Shown: piece after piece, positions 57,729 to 64,000 of the stretch
Layout: the number at the start of each line of letters is the position of its first letter
Position numbering within the stretch: position 1 is the stretch's first letter
Source: Eledone cirrhosa
Lineage: Eukaryota
DNA length: 64,000 bases
Reading direction: 5' to 3'
Assembly: GCA_964016885.1 (NCBI GenBank)
Contig: OZ024764.1
Span: forward strand, 3,472,001-3,536,000
The notes under the pieces: generated by a model
The model's database searches: none
Told to the model about the DNA's origin: nothing
Seen by the model: only the letters and a program-made list of their open reading frames with translations
Translations under genes and position numbers: made by a program

Positions 57729-58410
57729 CATCATCATCATCATCGTTTAACGTCCATCTTCCACGCTAGCATGGGTTTGGACGGGAGTTTTCCCACTTGA
57801 GGCAAGAGTGGTTGTCTTGCTCGCATAGGACTGTCTGGCGGGTTTTCTACAGCTGGATGCCCTTCCTAACACCAACCACATTTACAGTGTGGAACTGGGA
57901 GGTTTTTACCGTGTTACCTACACGGCCACATTACAGCGTGGACTGTGTGTTTTTTTGTCGTGACACCTACACGACCTCATTTGTTTCTGGCTGGATGTTG
58001 TGGTACCAACATAACTTTACATTGAAAGGGGTGGTGTGGACGGGGTGGGGGTAGTGGGACGGGGGTGTATTTTTGTTAGAGGTGCCTAGTGACTGTAGTA
58101 GGTTTCACTTTGAACTTAGGTAAGGCGGGTCTTCTGTATTACTGTGTAGCGCCAAAGATCTCAGTCCAGTGACATTGTCTTGGAGAGGTGTAAGTGCGTG
58201 AGGTCGGAATATATCAAGTCGGCCCAGGTTTTTCTGGGTTTGCCTACTCCGTGGCTACTGTCTATTTTTATTGCCCTGCACTTTTTTATACAGCTGTCAT
58301 CTTTCATGCGCATCACGTGACCATACCAACGTAGTCTTCTCTCGAGTAAACAACATCTGATCCCGCTTATTTCTAATTTTTCCCTTAGTTCGTTTATGCT
58401 TTGCCATTCA
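57729..58410 (-). mobile_element. 5'-truncated RTE LINE
   Basis: [30 protein letters not shown]; (GAT)n tail. Confidence 0.9.
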
Positions 58411-58412
58411 TG

Positions 58413-58444
<32 letters not shown>

Positions 58445-58450
58445 GACATG

Positions 58451-58490
<40 letters not shown>

Positions 58491-58574
58491 GACATGTATA
58501 TATATACACACACAGACATGTATATATATATATATATATATATATAAACACACACATACATGTATATATATATA

Positions 58575-59658
58575 CGAGGGGGGATCAAAAAGTTTGCAGA
58601 ATTTTTCAGAAAATAATCTATTTTTCAAAAATATGATTTACCTTCAATTTATTTTTCTACATAGTTACTATCCGGGTCAATACACTTCACAAGGCGATGC
58701 TTCCAGCTTCGTAAGCCGTCTCTAAAGAAAGTTGAAAGCCTTGTTTGAAGCCATGTTGGCAGTGTTTTTAGCTTCTTCAACACCACTAAAACGGGGTCCT
58801 TTTAGCATTTCTTTGAGTTTTGGAAAGAGGAAAAACTCTGATGGGGCTAAATCTGGACTATAAGGTGGGTGAGGAAGAACTTCCCATCGAAATTCTCGAA
58901 GAACTTCTTTTGCAACTCACGCAGAATGCGCTGGTGCATTGTCATGGTGAAGCAAGATCCCACCATGAAGTTTCCCTTTTTGTTTCTTGACTAATGCCTC
59001 TTTCAGCTTCCTTAAAACATTTGCATAGTAAGCTCCTGTCACAGTTCTTTGACCTTCAAGATAATCTATTAGTATCACCCCATCTGAATCCCAGAAAATG
59101 GTGGCCATCACTTTTAGATCCGACTTTTGAGATTTGAACTTGATTGGCCCCGATGATCCACGTGGAAACCACTGTTTTGACTGCTGTTTGGATTCAGCTA
59201 ACTGATTAACTGTTATTCTTCGATCTTCTTCAATTAAAGTCTGAGCAGCCTCCACGTTTTGGTCATTATTTGATGTTCCTGGTCTTCCACTGCGATGATC
59301 GTCTTCAAGGTTGTCTCTCGTTTGAATCGCTGAATCCACTTGTAGACAGCAGTTTTCTTTGAAGCAGTAGTACCGAAAACTTTAACTAAAGCCTCCATAA
59401 TCTGTGTCCCTTTCCATTTGAGTTTCACCAGAAACTTGATATTCGATCTCATCTAAAAATAACTATTTTCCATTGTTCCAAAAAGAGGCTTTTTAAAGAG
59501 TGTCAGTACTGTACAATAGTCTGCGCATAACTGACTGCAAGTGACTAATAGCAAGGTAAAGACCCAGTGACAATGTTCTGACATGTTTAATATTGTTTTA
59601 ACCTGATTTTTTCTTACTACGATAAAATTCGTCAAACTTTTTGATCCCCCCCCCCTCA
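58575..59658 (-). mobile_element. Internally deleted mariner transposon (same family as 51262)
   Basis: Both TIRs flanked by TA; N-terminal RSNIKFL..VYKW..RF, RSGRP; deletion removes the GDETW region. Confidence 0.92.
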
Positions 59659-59689
59659 TATATATATATATATATATATACATACAGAC

Positions 59690-59726
<37 letters not shown>

Positions 59727-59908
59727 CATGTATATATATATATATATATAAACACGCACATACATATACATATATATATATATATATAAACACACACATA
59801 CATGTATATATATATATAGTATGCTAGGGAAAGGATCAGGGGTGTATAACACTCCACTTATCCAGCAGGCAGTATGAGGTTAGCTCAATGTCTGAGGACA
59901 GAGCCGTA

Positions 59909-60907
59909 ATATAATAAATAACAAAGAACGCTTATAGCATATGCATATCTTTACTTGCTAACATTGTTTCATCCGCACTATAAGTGTACACTCGAATCGG
60001 TCAATGGCACGTGTGGACATGAATATCTCCGTAGGATTTCAACTTTATTTTACTACATCTCATCGTATGTATTTGCTTTGATTGTATTACCTGTGGTGGT
60101 GGGTCTGGTCTAATGTGGTATTTCGGTGTTTAATATCGGCTTTGACCCGGGTGTCCTACGCTGTGTGTGTGTGCGTGTGTGTCCGTGTATACATTTATAT
60201 GTGTATGGGTGTAGGTGGTTGTATGTGTCTGTATATAAAAAAAAAAATATATATATATATATATATGTATACCGTCTCTGCATATGCATGTGGTGTGTAT
60301 ACGTGCATATACGTGCTGAACATATTGATGTGTACAATCTTGTGATGTCCCAATGCGGTGACTTAATGGCTCTTGAAGCTATTTTTTATATATCTTCTGT
60401 CTTTTTATATATCTTTTTATATATATTTTGTATGCGCTACAACTGTGTCTGCTTGCTTTAACCCGCCTGCACCTTGCTTGCTAATGCACGTGAATTCTTC
60501 TACCTCCTTCGATGCACCTCTCTCTGACCATTGGACTCCTGCCCGTGTGTGAACCGGTTTGTGATTACCCCACCGCTCAACTGTGTGAATGCACACCCAT
60601 GACTTTCGAGTGAACTTTCGAGACTGCCCAACCTGGGACGCCTCCATTGCCTTGCAATGGTCAAGTGATACTGTTGACTGTGACACTTAGTTGCCTTCGT
60701 GGGCCCCTGATGTTTTCAAGAAATATATTTTAAAAAATTGGTCAAGTGATACACATAACTGTGACACTTAGTGCCTTCGTGGGCCCCTGATATATTCAAA
60801 AGATATATTCTAAAAAAATATATATCTTATCTCAATTTACTTTATTTCATTTTATTTTATTTCATTTCATGTTATCTAATTTTATTTATTTACTTACTTG
60901 ACTCCAT

Positions 60908-60939
<32 letters not shown>

Positions 60940-61005
60940 ATTTAAATTTGAATTTTAATTTTAAAATTTAAATTTAAATTTTATTTATTTATTTAATTTT
61001 TATTT

Positions 61006-61058
<53 letters not shown>

Positions 61059-61655
61059 TTACATTTAATTACATTTAATTATACATTTAATTATATCTTA
61101 TATTATATTATTTTAATTTAGTCTATGTTATTTGATTTTAGTTTACCTTATTTTATCTTATTTTACGATTATATTATATTATGTTCTATGTATATAATTT
61201 TTAATTTTAATTTTATATTATTTTATCTCATTCCTTACCCTATATTTTATATTTTATATGTAAGTTTGTTATGTATTTCTTTGTATTTCTTTATATTTTC
61301 TTATATATATTATAAGTCTGTTTTTCACCTATTTTTTACCTACTCTTACCTAATCCCATCTATCTTATCTACTCTTGTCTGTTCTCTTATCCATGTGTAT
61401 GCTTGTATGTAACTATATGTTGACAGCACCCCGCCCAACTGTGACTGATAGCACCCCTTATTTTTATTTTTACTTTTATTTTTATTCTTATCCTTTATCG
61501 TCTATTATTACCTTTCATTCTTCAATGTCTTGGATTTGTTATTGCTTGTATGGTATGTAATTAACCTTTATGCTCTGATGAGTCCCACTTATAGTGCGGA
61601 TGAAACAATGTTAGCAAGTAAAGATATGCATAAGCGTTCTTTGTTATTTATTATA
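59909..61655 (+). mobile_element. 1.75-kb non-coding element bounded by an inverted copy of its hammerhead-bearing 3' end
   Basis: 59909-59986 is inverted at 61586-61655; AT-rich interior; ~80-bp internal direct repeat at about 60658-60815. Confidence 0.7.
61571..61616 (+). ncRNA. Minimal type I hammerhead ribozyme
   Basis: tgct-CTGATGA-gtcc.cact(tat)agtg.c.ggat-GAAA-caatg-TT-agca. Confidence 0.75.
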
Positions 61656-61744
61656 TATATATATATATATAAACACACACATACATGTATATATATATAT
61701 AAACACGCACATACATATACATATATATATATATATAAACACAC

Positions 61745-61786
<42 letters not shown>

Positions 61787-61984
61787 ACACACATACATGT
61801 ATATATGTATATATATATATTAACATACACATGCATGTATATATATATATATATATATATATAAACACGCACATACATATACATATATATATATATATAT
61901 AAACACACACATACATGTATATATATATATATAAACACACACATACATGTATATATGTATATATATATATTAACATACACATGC

Positions 61985-62038
<54 letters not shown>

Positions 62039-62074
62039 ACACACATACATATACATATATATATATAAACACAC

Positions 62075-62105
<31 letters not shown>

Positions 62106-62208
62106 AACACACACGTACATGTATATATGTATATATATATATTAACATACACATGCATGTATATATATATATAAACACACACATACATGTATATATATAC
62201 TAACACAC

Positions 62209-62267
<59 letters not shown>

Positions 62268-62297
62268 GACATGTATATATATATATAAACGCACACA

Positions 62298-62816
62298 TAC
62301 AGAAGACCCGCCTTGCCTAAGTACAAAGCGAAACCTACAGTCAGTAGGCACCTCTAATAAAAATGCCCCCCCACCCACCCCCCACACCATCCACACCACC
62401 TCTTTCGATGTAAAGTTATGTTGGTACAACAACATCCAGTCCAAATTAAAGAGGTCATGTAGGTGTCACAACAAAAAAAGACACAGTCCACGCTGTAATG
62501 TGGCCGTGTAGGTAACACGGTAAAAACCTCCCAGTCCACACTGTAAACGTGGTTGGTGTTAGGAAGGGCATCCAGCCGTAGAAAACCCGCCAGACAGTCC
62601 ACGCTGTAATGTGGCCGTGTAGGCAACACGGTAAAAACCTCCCAGCCCCACACTGTAAATGTGGTTGGTGTTAGGAAGGGCATCCAGCCGTAGAAAACCC
62701 GCCAGACAGTCTTATACGAGCAGAACAACAAATCTTGCTTCAAGTGGGAAAACCCCTGTCCAAACCCATGCAAGTATGGAAGATGGACGTTAAACGATGA
62801 TGATGATGATGATGAT
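62298..62816 (+). mobile_element. RTE 3' UTR fragment
   Basis: Matches 43130-43518 with one duplicated unit. Confidence 0.85.
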
Positions 62817-62906
62817 ACATATATATATATATATATATATATATGTAAGTATGTATGTATACGTACATACATATATATATACAGACGTACAGTAGCATGC
62901 ATATAT

Positions 62907-62969
<63 letters not shown>

Positions 62970-63134
62970 CATACAGGTACACATACATATATGCACGCAT
63001 CAGTTTAGCGGACGCTTATTATAACGCCGCTTTGTTCGTTTGTCAACAAAGTGAACAGCCTGAATTTATGCCATACGGTGTTAAGGCAGCCACGTCACCT
63101 TTTTGTTCAACACTGACACAGGAACGATGTACAC

Positions 63135-63168
<34 letters not shown>

Positions 63169-63214
63169 ATTAACACACACATACATGTATATATATATAT
63201 ATATATAAACACAC

Positions 63215-63263
<49 letters not shown>

Positions 63264-63268
63264 CACAC

Positions 63269-63302
<34 letters not shown>

Positions 63303-63388
63303 TAACACACACATACATGTATATATATATATATATATAAACACACACATACATGTATATATATATATATATATAAACACACACATAC

Positions 63389-63426
<38 letters not shown>

Positions 63427-63450
63427 ACACACATACATGTATATATATAT

Positions 63451-64000
63451 CTTTATCTTAACAGAGAACTTCACCCATTTAAAAATGATAAAGGTCCCTC
63501 TGGACCTTTATCGTTCCTTAAAAGAACAATTTAGACGGGACGTGAGCCCCCCCTGTTTAAAACCGTTAAATCGCGTCCTCTTGAAAGATTTCCCCATAAC
63601 CGCCCCTCTCCCTGACACAACTCCAAATACCCCAACCCCACCACACACGGGTACCCCCACACCACCACAAAACATCCCTCCACCCAACACACCTGACGCC
63701 ATGGAAATTACACAACCCGGAGAGGTAAGTGCTTTTCTTTCTTCACTTTCAACACCAAAATAGATCAATTGAGAGTTGGCTGTTTGAACGCGCGTGGCCT
63801 GGGCTCAGCTTGGAAGCAAGCAAAGCTTCTAAGTGACCTTAGATCACAAAGTATAGATGTGATGGTTGTTTGCGAGAGTCGGATCAGCAGCGTGAGACAG
63901 CTGGCGCCCGCCTTCGATGACTTTGAGATGCACGCATCTCTCTTTCAACCCGGAGGAGGGGGGGGAGTTGCCGTACTGCTGGATAAACGTCTGGCTCTCG
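63451..64000 (+). mobile_element. L1/Tx1-type LINE: end of a Pro-rich ORF1 and start of the ORF2 apurinic endonuclease
   Basis: From about 63760: LRVGCLNARGL..LLSDL..DVMVVCESR..GGGVAVLL (APE N-terminal motifs); runs off the window. Confidence 0.8.

Noticed and set aside
60417-60686. 89-aa ORF as a possible Penelope GIY-YIG fragment
   Set aside because: No GIY/YIG or RT motifs recognisable

Overview
Animal (very probably cephalopod/Octopus-like, inferred from repeat make-up) intergenic or intronic DNA with no recognisable host gene. It consists of (TA)n/(CA)n/(GA)n microsatellites, several satellites (72-bp, 83-bp, CA- and GA-compound units), many 5'-truncated RTE-clade LINEs, a CR1-type LINE, the start of an L1/Tx1-type LINE, tRNA-derived SINEs and dead mariner, maT and hAT DNA transposons. 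Almost all long ORFs in the track are low-complexity artefacts. The main hidden signal lies in the short 'unique' islands between microsatellites. About ten distinct minimal type I hammerhead ribozymes can be folded by eye there (stem I - CUGANGA - stem II - GAAA - palindromic stem III - UH). They sit in ORF-less elements with fold-back (inverted) architecture, most ending in (TA)n. They include a 310-bp tandem retrozyme-like unit, a 474-bp-arm palindrome, and three divergent copies with a non-canonical CCGANGA core. I interpret this as a diverse population of non-autonomous Penelope-like/retrozyme elements. All folds are manual and activity is untested.
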